DNA of 64,000 nucleotides from contig OY762007.1 of assembly GCA_963665115.1 (NCBI GenBank), forward strand, positions 3,712,001-3,776,000, written 5' to 3'. The notes below the pieces were generated by a model that saw nothing but the letters and a program-made list of their open reading frames with translations, searched no databases and was not told where the DNA came from. This document shows, piece by piece, positions 52,801 to 63,180 of the stretch. The position numbers and the translations under genes were made by a program. Numbering within the stretch: position 1 is the first letter of the stretch; every line of letters begins with the position of its first letter. Source of the DNA: an uncultured Rivularia sp. Its GTDB lineage: Bacteria; Cyanobacteriota; Cyanobacteriia; Cyanobacteriales; Nostocaceae.

Positions 52801-52862
52801 TGTAAGCGCTTTGTTCTGGTTGCTTACATTTATAATATATACTTACGTATTTTTAAAGTCAA
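52801..52862 (-). promoter_or_regulatory. Promoter TTGACT-17-TATATT followed by TGTAAGC...GCTTACA inverted repeat
   Basis: -35 at 52862-52857, -10 at 52839-52834, inverted repeat 52801-52828; matches 23247-23310. Confidence 0.75.
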
Positions 52863-53073
52863 CGCTTTTTTCTACTCTTTATATAAATAAAATATGTTTT
52901 AGAATTGTTAATTACTTGATAGGAAGAGCAAACAAAACAGCATAAAACGGACAAAAAGCTACTTTGTCTATCTTATGCTGCTTTATTATTATTTATTAGT
53001 TCGGCTTATTAAAAGCTGATTTTTGAATTTAATTACTCGCTTTTAATTGAAAAATAAATTGTTAAATTACCTA

Positions 53074-53853
53074 TTAAGCATAATTTTTTACTTCTTCTTG
53101 CAATTTAATATTATCCAAATTGAATTGAGCTTTTTGTATTAAAGGAACAGTCTTTGCCTTTAACCAATCAGTAAATAATTCATCAATAATTTTTTGACGT
53201 AAATCTTCTTCTAATTCAGGTTGAATAATTTCTTCAACCCAAATTAAATAGATACCTTTTGGTGACGTAATTGGCTTGATAATATGAAGCGGAGTTGCAG
53301 CAAATACAGCTGCTGCAACTTCTGGGCGAAAATCTTCGCGATGTCGGACTCCTTGATAGCCACCTGCACGGCGAAGTTCGGGATCTTGAATATATAAACG
53401 AGCGATTTCTGAGAATGTTATTTCACCCTCTTCAAACGCATAAAATAACTCTAATGCTAAGTCCCTATCTTCTAAGATGACTTCATAAGTGACAGCAGCT
53501 TCATAATTGATTCGGTTTTCGTAAAAGAATTTTTCAATTTGAGGCGCGAATAAATGATTGGCTAGTTTCTTGGAAATCAGGCTGTTACGAACTAATTCCT
53601 CAAAGTTTTGTACTGATAAATGGTTTCTGTTTAGCCAACCCCAAGTATCTTTGGCTGTAGCAAGCTTCTTGTCTAAGCGAAGTTTATCTCCTTCCTGCTG
53701 TAATTCTGCCTCTGTTACCTCAATTCGGGCTTCTGAGGCAGCTTGATTAATTACTGTTTGAGTTGCGATCGCCTCTACAATGTCAGGAATCTGACAAGAT
53801 AACTTTAGCTGATGAATAATCTCTGTAGTTGAAATGTTTAATTGTTCGCCCAT
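53074..53853 (-). CDS. PpiC/rotamase-type foldase-like protein (module 2)
   Basis: Close paralog of 23570-24355; start moved to MGEQLNIST at 53853 because the ORF extension runs through a repeat element. Confidence 0.85.
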   Translation of the reverse strand: MGEQLNISTTEIIHQLKLSCQIPDIVEAIATQTVINQAASEARIEVTEAELQQEGDKLRLDKKLATAKDTWGWLNRNHLSVQNFEELVRNSLISKKLANHLFAPQIEKFFYENRINYEAAVTYEVILEDRDLALELFYAFEEGEITFSEIARLYIQDPELRRAGGYQGVRHREDFRPEVAAAVFAATPLHIIKPITSPKGIYLIWVEEIIQPELEEDLRQKIIDELFTDWLKAKTVPLIQKAQFNLDNIKLQEEVKNYA

Positions 53854-53890
53854 AATGCTATTCTTCTGTAAAACATTTTTTAAATTTAAC

Positions 53891-53947
53891 TTCTTGCAAC
53901 GAGCAAGAAACCGGGTTTCCAAAGGCTCATTGAGTATAGTGCAAGAA
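53891..53947. repeat. TTCTTGCA...TGCAAGAA repeat family member
   Basis: Near-identical to 12772-12829. Confidence 0.6.
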
Positions 53948-54267
53948 CTCAGTTTTATAAAACTTATACCAATTCCAAAAACGTTGGCGGCAGATATCCC
54001 AGCCTTGCTACGCGCAGCTTGTCCAAAGTATTAGGTAGAATTGGAGAAAGATTTTGGTTTTGTCCGTATATCGCATTCATTTTTTCTGCACAGTATTACG
54101 CAATCGAAACAATAAATTAAGTATTAATAATTATTTAGACGTGAGAATTTGCCCAAGCTCTTTTCCATAAGGTGGCTCGTATAAGTCCTGTCTAATCTTT
54201 TTAAACAAACTCTGATATGGAGTTTTTATGCTTAGATGTTAATTAAAGCTTAATTTGAAGATATAGT

Positions 54268-54492
54268 CTAGGTAGCAATGGTTCTAAAAATGGTTTTATC
54301 TGATGCTGAGATAAGTGATAATTCTGTATCAATTTTTTCTGCTAATTTGTAAGCCATTGATGGAGGATTTCGGTAGTTACTGGCAGTTTTCCTAAATCCC
54401 CATCGTCTGGCTTCAACTTCGGAAACTCCGAACTCTTCAGCTAATTTGCGGTAACTCCAGCCATGTTTTCTCATTAGTTCGATTGGATGCAT
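54268..54492 (-). CDS. Small helix-turn-helix protein
   Basis: HGWSYRKLAEEFGVSEVEARRW HTH pattern; AGGAG RBS. Confidence 0.75.
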   Translation of the reverse strand: MHPIELMRKHGWSYRKLAEEFGVSEVEARRWGFRKTASNYRNPPSMAYKLAEKIDTELSLISASDKTIFRTIAT

Positions 54493-54703
54493 AACTTTTC
54501 TCCTGATGTACTATTTTCTCAAGCGTGAGTTGATATGTAGTAAATATGGTTATTAATTGGGGTTGCACTTATAATCTTGAAATTATACGCAAGCCCTAAA
54601 ACTCGGTATAGCTTGAAACTTTGTCCGAATTTAAGATTCATTCAATTTTGGATTATCATCTTCTTAAAAGAAAAATAAATCCAGATTCACCGGCAACCTA
54701 GAC

Positions 54704-56266
54704 TTATGATCTGTCTTTCTGCATTTTTTTAAATGGATCTAAAACAAAATCAATTATCCGACGTTGACGAATAATCACCTCTGCATCAGCTGTTTGTCCG
54801 GGGTTTAAAGTAATACGCTTTTCGCCATTGTCTACGTATTGCTTATCCAGGGAGATTTCTAGCTCAAAACTTTCACTGTTTCCTTGGGCTGTTGGCTGTA
54901 CTTTCGAGTCGGGAGATACCCAAGCAACTTTCCCTTCCACAATCCCGTATTCTTGATAAGGATAAGCATCAAATTTGACTTTAACTGGCATTCCTACTTT
55001 TAAGAAACCACTATCTTGTATTGGCATACTCGCTTTGAGAACAACGCCAGTATTCTTGGGAGCAATTTGTGCTATTCTTTGACCGGGCTGTAGAACTTCT
55101 CCAGGTTTGCTAACTGGTAACTCAAAAATTATCCCGTCAATTGGCGATCGCACTATTCTTTGCTGTAACTGTAGCTTTAAGGATGCAATTTGACTGCGTG
55201 TTTGAGCTATTTGAGATTCAGTCGCTAAAATTTTGCTGCTGGTATCTTTGAGTTGTTCTTGAGTTCGCAAAATTGAGAGTTTGGCTGTTTTTAACAAAGT
55301 TTGATAGCTGTTTTGTTGTTCTTTTAATCTCAGCTTGGCTTGCTCGATGTCAGCAGAAAGTTGATTCATTGTTGCCTGATAGCGGCTTGTTTCTTCGGCT
55401 AGACGTAATTGTGCTTGTTTTCCATCAGATAAACTTCTGTCATATAGTCGTTTACTTTCTTGTTGCTCTTTTCTTAGACGATCGACTTGATTTTCAGAAA
55501 CCGCTCCATCCTTGACTAATCGGCTGAAGCGGCTAACTCTTTTGGTATCTATAGTTAAACGGTTTTGAGCGAACTGTTGCTCGTTACTATTTGCTTTAAT
55601 CTGCTGTTGTACTTGATTGAGTAAAGCTTGTTTTTCTAATTTCTGTAGCCGGTAAGCACTCTGTTTCGCATCCAGATTTTGGCTTGCTTGCTGTACTTGA
55701 GCCGTTTTTTCCAAGGCTTGAGATTGATTTTGTTCTTCCTGAATGCTTATTGTTGATAATAGTTGATTTTTCAGTATATCTAATTGTGCTTTTTGGTTTT
55801 CCAATCCAGAAAGCTTTGCTTGAGTCTGCTGTAAATCCGTTTCTAAAATATCGGAGTCGAGTTCTAAAAGAATTTGCCCGGATTTTACCGTATCGCCTTC
55901 CTTAACTGTAACAGCTTTGACACTTCCGCCAGTTCTGGTATCCAGTTTTCTTGTTGCACCTTTCGGTTCGATACGTCCTTTAGCACTTCCCGTTTCATCT
56001 ATTTTCGAGAAAGTAGCCCAAGGTAAAGCCAGGAATATAAAGCCTAACAAAACGTATAATACACCCCTCGTCCATAGCTTGGGTAAACTATCTAAAAGTT
56101 CTTCTGTGGCATAGTGCAAATCGCCTCCCGTATCCGAAGTTGCACTTGATTGCGATTTTTGATCGGTATATTCCGCGTCTGTTTTCGGATTTTGATTGCT
56201 GTTTTGACTCTTGTTATATTCTTCTTCAACAAATGCTGCTGAGCTATCTGGTGATACATATGTCAT
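54704..56266 (-). CDS. HlyD-family membrane fusion protein (module 2)
   Basis: Paralog of 24551-26104; AGGAG RBS before ATG 56266. Confidence 0.93.
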   Translation of the reverse strand: MTYVSPDSSAAFVEEEYNKSQNSNQNPKTDAEYTDQKSQSSATSDTGGDLHYATEELLDSLPKLWTRGVLYVLLGFIFLALPWATFSKIDETGSAKGRIEPKGATRKLDTRTGGSVKAVTVKEGDTVKSGQILLELDSDILETDLQQTQAKLSGLENQKAQLDILKNQLLSTISIQEEQNQSQALEKTAQVQQASQNLDAKQSAYRLQKLEKQALLNQVQQQIKANSNEQQFAQNRLTIDTKRVSRFSRLVKDGAVSENQVDRLRKEQQESKRLYDRSLSDGKQAQLRLAEETSRYQATMNQLSADIEQAKLRLKEQQNSYQTLLKTAKLSILRTQEQLKDTSSKILATESQIAQTRSQIASLKLQLQQRIVRSPIDGIIFELPVSKPGEVLQPGQRIAQIAPKNTGVVLKASMPIQDSGFLKVGMPVKVKFDAYPYQEYGIVEGKVAWVSPDSKVQPTAQGNSESFELEISLDKQYVDNGEKRITLNPGQTADAEVIIRQRRIIDFVLDPFKKMQKDRS

Positions 56267-56423
56267 AGTTTTAACTCCTGATTTGTAAACAAGGAAACGG
56301 GAGAGGGGGGATGGGGAGGTCAAAGGTTATATGTAAGAATTAAGAAGATATAAGTCCCGTTATTTAAGATATTTGCTCATTACCCACTACCTATTACCCA
56401 TTACCAATGCCCAATCCCCAACT

Positions 56424-59400
56424 TTAAGCAGTTTGCGACAACTGCTGTTGATTAAGGTAAAAATAATGACCTTTTTTGTCTATTAATTCTTGATGATTTC
56501 CGCTTTCCACCAATACACCTTTGTCCATCACCAAAATCAAGTCTGCGTTGCGTACTGTCGATAAACGGTGAGCAATAATTACGCTTGTTCTACCTTTGAG
56601 AATCGTTTTCAGATTGTTTTGAATGATACGCTCTGATTCCGTGTCCAGATGACTGGTAGCTTCATCAAACAGTAACAAGCGGGGATTACCCAGTAAAGCA
56701 CGGGCGATCGCCAGGCGTTGCCGCTGTCCTCCAGAGAGCAATCCACCACCTTCACCGATTTGGGTTTCATAGCTTAGCGGTAGTTGTTGGATAAAATCAT
56801 CTGCCCCGGCTAATTGTGCGGCTTGGATAACGTCATCAATAGTTGCTTCTGGGTGAGCAATGGCAATGTTTTCGCGGATAGTACCACCGAATAAAAAGGT
56901 GTCTTGATCTACAACACCGACTTGAGAACGCAGCGAGCGTAAAGCAATCCCATTTACATCCTGACCATCAATTAATACTTTGCCGTCTGTGGGTGGATAT
57001 AACCCTAAAATCAATTTAGAAAGAGTTGTTTTTCCCGAACCACTGCGGCCTACTAAAGCTACCATTTGTTCGGGTTTGATTTCTAAGTTGATATTTTCGA
57101 GTATATTACTCTTACTTTCAGGGTGATAGCGGAAGGTAACATTATCAAAGCGAATGTGACCGTTTAGTCTCTCCAGAATTTTGCGGGGCTTATTATGCAA
57201 GTCTTCTTCGGGTTCTGCCTCTAGGACATCATTAAGACGTTCGGTGGAAATAACAATTTCCTGAAATTGATTCCACAGTTGAGAAAATCTCTGGAAAGGG
57301 GCCTAAGACGTTACCCACCAACATATTAAAAGCAACTAACTGACCGACGCTAAGTTCTCCTTGAATTACCTGCCACGCTCCAAACCACATTAAACCCGTA
57401 CTTGTGAAGGTTTGAATTCCACTAGTAAGCATGGTAAGGCGAATCCCAATCAGCTTAGCTTTAAATGATTTTTTTACCCGATTGTTTAATAGTTCCTCCC
57501 ATTTCCAACGTACAGACTGTTCAATTGCCAGCGATCGCACCGTGCGAATTCCCGTCAAAGATTCGATAATATAGCTGTTTTCCTCGGCTCCGGCATTAAA
57601 AATTTCTCTGGAGATACGGCGTAAAATCCCCGTACTAGCCAGCGCCAGAATGAAAAATGGCGGTACTGTTATCAGCACAAATAATGTCATTTTCCAGCTA
57701 TACCAAAACATCAGGGTGAGATAAACCACTAATGTCAGCATATCTAGGACAATAGACAGGGTTTGTCCGGTAAGAAAACTTTGAATTTTCTGGTTTTCTT
57801 TGATGCGCGAAATAATATCCCCAACAAAACGGGATTCAAAATAGGCAAGAGGCAACCCAAAGGTATGCTTAATAAAGCCTACTAGTAAAGAGACACTGAT
57901 ACGGTTAGCAGTATGAGCGAGCAGGTACGATCGCACTCCGTTCATGGCAATATTGAATAACCCAAAAACGATCATTCCCAAACCAACCGCATTTAAAGTG
58001 GCAATGCTGCGCTGTACCAATACTCTATCTAGTAACAATTGGGTGAAAATAGGTGTTACCAGCCCAAATAGCTGCATAATCACCGAAGCGATAAAGACTT
58101 CTATAAGGACTTTGTAATGAGGTTTGACTAACTCAACAAACTTCCATAAGCCAACATCTTGATTTTCGGTATTTTTGAGCAGGGCTGTGGGTTGTAGCAA
58201 TAAGGCATAGCCAGTCCAGTCTGCTGTAAATTCCTCGTGAGTCAGAGTACGCGAACCGCGAGCTGGATCGCCGACAATTACTTTTTTCTGATTAATTTCA
58301 TAAACAACAATAAAGTGATTTCCCTTCCAGTGGGCGATCGCCGGTAAAGATTGTTCTGCTAATTTCTCTAAAGTAGCTTTTACCGGACGAGTTGCAAAAC
58401 CTATATTTTCTGCCGCAGATGCCAAAGCACGTAAAGAAGCACCACTGCGCCCCGCATTAGTCATATCTCGCAAGCGACTAACGCTAAAATATTTGCCCCA
58501 ATAACGACCAACCATTACCAAGGAAGCTGCACCGCAGTCGGAGGAGCTTTGTTGGGCATAATAAGGGTACCGCTTTGTTAACTGTCCCAACCAATGCCCC
58601 ATTTTTACCTTCGGGCTGGGAAAGTAAGCACGAGATATTTTTTTATCGGGTTTTGCTTGGTTATCTCCTTTTGGAAACGGAATTATTTTATTGCTAGAGT
58701 GCAACCGTTTCTGATGAAGAATTTTTTCTAGGTGGCTGATGTTTTCGAGAAATCCGATCTTTTGGGGAAATTTTGGGGCGATCGCCATTAGTCGTAATAA
58801 ATTCTGCTAATTCCGGGCAATGTTGCAGTGCTGTTTGCAAGTCTTCTTGTTTGAGAAAATAAGCAATAGTAGGTTGAACTACTTGTAAGTTATCTTGTTT
58901 TTCAAAAGAATATATCTTACCCAGCGTCAGAAGTTCGTTATCGGAATTTAATATTTCACCTCGATGTAACAGCCACAATTTAAAATCTTGTTCCCAAGGG
59001 ATTTTTGCAGAGGCTTCTAATTTATACTTTTCAAATAGCGATAAAGCCTGAAGTAACCCGCTAACTTGAGATGAATATTGAGGAAATTGGGAGTTTTGCC
59101 GACATAACAGTAGTAAATCCCAAATGTCTGCTTTATCTAACAATTTTTGACGAATTTTAGGATATTTATCCATCAAAGACTGTAGAACTTCTTGTTTAAG
59201 AAAGCAAATTTTTAAATTATGCGATGCTCTACCAGCATAAGGAATAAATTGTTGCTCAAATAAAGTAGCTTCACCGAATGATTCTCCTGCTGAAAGGGTT
59301 GTAACTAGATTTTCAAAGTAGTCTAAAAGTCTAACTTTCCCGTCAAGGACAATATAAAGCCCTTTTTCAGCTTCCGTTACCTGCCAAAACAGCTTCGCAA

Positions 59401-59512
59401 CTGGTACATCTATCGTTTCAGCCGTTTCTATACAATTTCGTAATTCCTGCTCCGAGATGTTTTCACCTAAAGCGGAAGTAATTTTTTGTTCTATATTGTC
59501 TTGTACAAACAC
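56424..59512 (-). pseudogene. Peptidase-containing ABC transporter (module 2), split into three ORFs by two +1 frameshifts
   Basis: cNMP-like part 58694-59512; C39 (QQSSSDCG, AHWKGNHF, VGDP) and TMD 57232-58788; NBD 56424-57200; removing one base at 57293-57297 restores GPFQRFSQLWNQFQE; may be sequencing errors. Confidence 0.88.
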
Positions 59513-60306
59513 TGTTTCACCTAAAAATATTCGTAGTTACAATTATTATTTATGAGTTTTTTTGTATTAGAAATTAAGGTAATCAAATTTAAGCAATCTA
59601 GCATAAATAGATTATTAATTTTCATTTTCGCCGCAAACAAGTGAATACGGCTAATTAAACATATAAATGATGCTTAACAAGACCTAGACTTTGATTTATA
59701 AATTCTTTCGCAGCCATAAAAATGTTTTAATCTGTTTCTTTGATAAATCATGCAGCCATACATTCACCATTTTTTGATCGATGGTGATAGTACAAATAGT
59801 TCACATAACTTTAAAAGAATTTTTTTGTAAACTAAACTTTAGGAATATTACGAAATATTATCTAGCCGTTTATTCTCTTAACTTCCAAAATAAATGGAAG
59901 TTAACTTTAATAAAAAAATCTCAAAAAGACTTTAGTCTTAGGTTAACTATAGAGAACTAATAGAAAAGCATTGACGCTCTAGCTACTTATTATTGCATTA
60001 AAATACAGATTAGTTCTTTCACTATCAGCAAAGATTCATGTATATAAAATTAGCTTGAAGTAGATTTAGATACTAAGCGGTAAATATTGATTTCATATCC
60101 GTCTAACTTTGCTTTCCTTCTTTAATTCTTAGTAAATTTGCCTACTTTATGTCAATACTTTTTTGCGGTTAAGTAAAAATCTTTATATTAGGTTTATAAT
60201 GCTTGTACTAATTCTGTATGAGGCTACTGAAACGAAGTCCCTCGGGGTATCTCCTCCAGAGATGCGGCGCTAACACACTCTCCTCACCACGCACGAGGGT
60301 TGGTAA

Positions 60307-61861
60307 CTGTTATCTAATCTTTACCCATAAATAGACATATTTACCCATATTGTCCAGATATAGTGTTAGGCGTGTAATAGGTATTTACAGTAAAGTCTGC
60401 CGTGGGGAGTATCCCCACGGCGAGCTTTACAACAAAGCGATGGTTAAAAGTTGTTGAGGCGAATCAGCAACTTTGCCTTTTATGCTAGTTGAATTTTTAA
60501 GAATTAATAATTTTAACATTTACACTATTAATGGTAGTAAGAAGGATGATATGTTTATATCTAAATAATCTAAAAATAGATAGTTTAAATTTCTAAAAGT
60601 TGAAGTCGGAAAGATTATACAATGTTACTCGGATTTAAAACAGAATTAAAATTAAATAACAATCAAAGAACTGTTTTACTTAAACATTGTGGAGTTTCTA
60701 GACATGCTTGGAATTGGGGATTAGCATTAACCCGCGCAATATTAGAAAATAATAAAATTAATCCTGATTCTAAAATAAAATTTCCAAGTGCGATTGATTT
60801 GCATAAATACTTAGTAGCTTTGGTCAAACCAGAAAATTCTTGGTACTATGAGTGTTCTAAGTCTGCACCACAATACTCTTTAAGAAATTTATCTACTGCT
60901 TGGAAAAGATGCTTCAAAAAAATCAGTGGTCAACCAAGATTTAAAAAGAAAGGTAAGAATGATTCGTTTACTTTAGAAGGAACTTGTAAGACTATAAATA
61001 GTTTTACTATTCAAGTTCCAAAGATAGGTAAATTAAAAACTTATGAAAGATTACCATCTCTAGATAAAATAAAATCTGTAACTATATCCCGTCAAGCTGA
61101 TAGGTGGTTTATCAGCTTTAAGATTGATATCCAAATACAGAATAATTGTAATACAACTGTCGTAGGTGTAGATTTAGGAGTCAAATCTCTGGCTACTTTA
61201 TCAACAGGTGAAGTTATAGAGGGAGCAAAATCCTATCGTAAAAATAAGACTAAATTATCTCGATTGCAGTGGTTAAATCGCAATAAAATAATTGGTTCTA
61301 AAAATTGGAGAAAAGCTCAACTGAAAATAGCTCGACTTCATAGAAGAATTTCCAATATAAGAGCATATTCTATCCATAAATTGACATCATTATTAGCCAA
61401 GAACCACGGAACGATAGTGATAGAAGATTTAAATGTATCGGGTATGATGAAAAATCATAAACTAGCCTTATCGATTTCTGATATGGGATTTTATGAAGTT
61501 AGAAGACAACTTGAATACAAATGTAAATTGTACGGTTCTAAATTAGTTGTAGTAGATAGATGGTTCCCATCATCTAAAGCTTGTTCTAATTGTGGTCATA
61601 AAAAGGAAGTACTCTCTCTAAGTGAAAGACTGTTTGATTGTGAGAACTGTAATTTTACGATTGACCGCGATTTAAACGCTGCAATCAATTTATGTAAGGC
61701 CGGAGGCGGAGCGTCTCCGGCTCCGCTGTCAGTTAGACAGTTTCAGCCTGTGGATGGGAAGTAGCCGACTACCCCAGTTTGAAGCAGGAAGTAAACGCCA
61801 AAATGATATATGTCTAGATTTGTCTATTTATAGGTAGTTTTGGGTAAGTTTTATGTAACGG
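60307..61861 (+). mobile_element. Non-autonomous IS607/IS200-605-type element (tnpB only)
   Basis: Left end CTGTTA...TTACCCA-TAAATAGACA mirrors the right-end reverse complement CCGTTA...TTACCCA...TAAATAGACA; no tnpA ORF; boundaries approximate. Confidence 0.7.
60622..61764 (+). CDS. tnpB: TnpB RNA-guided endonuclease
   Basis: GFKTELKLNN start; RuvC GVDLG, IEDL, DRDLNAA; Zn finger CSNC...CENC. Confidence 0.95.
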   Translation: MLLGFKTELKLNNNQRTVLLKHCGVSRHAWNWGLALTRAILENNKINPDSKIKFPSAIDLHKYLVALVKPENSWYYECSKSAPQYSLRNLSTAWKRCFKKISGQPRFKKKGKNDSFTLEGTCKTINSFTIQVPKIGKLKTYERLPSLDKIKSVTISRQADRWFISFKIDIQIQNNCNTTVVGVDLGVKSLATLSTGEVIEGAKSYRKNKTKLSRLQWLNRNKIIGSKNWRKAQLKIARLHRRISNIRAYSIHKLTSLLAKNHGTIVIEDLNVSGMMKNHKLALSISDMGFYEVRRQLEYKCKLYGSKLVVVDRWFPSSKACSNCGHKKEVLSLSERLFDCENCNFTIDRDLNAAINLCKAGGGASPAPLSVRQFQPVDGK

Positions 61862-61880
61862 TGATTCACTGGCTGCGCTA
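61700..61880 (+). ncRNA. Putative TnpB omega/reRNA scaffold plus flanking guide
   Basis: Inferred from position over the tnpB 3' end and element right end; GCCTGTGGA...GAAGCAGGAA segment; limits approximate. Confidence 0.45.
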
Positions 61881-62033
61881 GCTAAATCAAGCGCATTTTG
61901 ATAAATAAATCGTAGTAGATCGTGACTTTATTAAAGGGTTCGTAGTAATAAGTGACTTATTACCCGAATTTGGGACTAAAGTCCTCACTACGAACCTTGA
62001 TTTCCCGGCAATTCTAAGTTGTTCGAGTACTAA

Positions 62034-62798
62034 TCAACTAAAGAAACCTGAAGAACTAGTAAGTTCAAAGTTGTAGTATATGTAGTCAAATTCAACATCT
62101 AACCATTGTTGAAACATATTATCAAGAATTTCTTGATATCGGTTGGGCGTTAATTCTGCGGGTATATAGTCTTCAACTATAAATAAATGATACCCATTTT
62201 CAGTTTTGATCGGACCAACCAATTGTTTCGGAGATGCGCTAAATACTAGAGGTGCTATTTCTGGCATGACAGCCCATCGATAAACTTTTCCCTCGTACCC
62301 GCATTTATATCTACGATTTTCATCAATATCGTGAAGACGAGCTGCTTGATAAAAGCTGATTTCACCTTCTTCAATCTGATAATACAATTCTTGAGCTAGT
62401 TTGTCGTCGTCTACAATAAATTGGTATAAAACAACTTGTTCAAATTTTGAGCGGTTTTTAATGAAAAACTGTTCTACTTCCTTACCAAATAGTGTCATAG
62501 ATAGCTTTTGTTTGAGCAAAAGGTTGCGAATCCCAACTTCCCAATCTAACGGAGTCAGCATTTGCTGTTCTAACCATTTAACTGTGTCGCTAGCTTTTTC
62601 TAAACGTTTGTCTCTACGCTGACGGTTTGCTTCAATCTCAATTTCTTCTGTAGTAACATTTATACCTTTTTGAAGTGCAGTTTTTTCAATAATTCTTTGA
62701 TATAGAACCGCTATACATATTTCTTTTAACTTTATTTCCGTTTTGAGGAAGTTAATAATTTCATCAGGCTCCATAACTATTTTTAATTGGTTATTCAT
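62034..62798 (-). CDS. PpiC/rotamase-type foldase-like protein (third, more divergent paralog)
   Basis: LAQELYYQIEEGEISFYQAARLH...RRYKCGYEG...VGPIKTENGYHLF; no signal peptide. Confidence 0.85.
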   Translation of the reverse strand: MNNQLKIVMEPDEIINFLKTEIKLKEICIAVLYQRIIEKTALQKGINVTTEEIEIEANRQRRDKRLEKASDTVKWLEQQMLTPLDWEVGIRNLLLKQKLSMTLFGKEVEQFFIKNRSKFEQVVLYQFIVDDDKLAQELYYQIEEGEISFYQAARLHDIDENRRYKCGYEGKVYRWAVMPEIAPLVFSASPKQLVGPIKTENGYHLFIVEDYIPAELTPNRYQEILDNMFQQWLDVEFDYIYYNFELTSSSGFFS

Positions 62799-63180
62799 AG
62801 GTAAATTTTAGGAAAATAAATTGTCATGGCATAAAATTAGAAAAGGAAAAAGTATTCGCTTTATAGTCTTGTGCTTACTGAAATATATTTATTTCAATAT
62901 TTAAGTAAAATCACTATGGCATCTGAATATTTTTATGAATATGAATATTGATTTGAGTTACAGTAGATTCTATAATCAAAAATAAGTAGATTACCTTATA
63001 ATTACTGCAAATCCTGTATTAGATGCTTCATTTTATCAAATATCTTCTATAACAATTTATTAATTGCCCCGATCAATACCTCCTCTCAAGTTTGTATCTT
63101 AAAATAAAAAAATATCAATTGTAGAAAATACTGAAAATGTTTTGGATGTATATAACAATAAATAATTGAAAGCTGGTCAT

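Noticed and set aside
53854..53922. N-terminal extension of foldase 2 and plus-strand ORF 53834-54034
   Set aside because: Runs through a dispersed repeat; paralog alignment supports the start at 53853
60210..60300. Possible hammerhead ribozyme (CTGTATGAG...GAAAC)
   Set aside because: Core CTGATGA is not intact and I could not build the required stems
20041..62798. Lanthipeptide, cyanobactin or Nif11/NHLP-type RiPP cluster
   Set aside because: No LanM/LanBC, YcaO, PatA/G or radical SAM genes; leaders are only 20-25 aa; cores essentially lack Cys. An unmodified bacteriocin cannot be fully excluded
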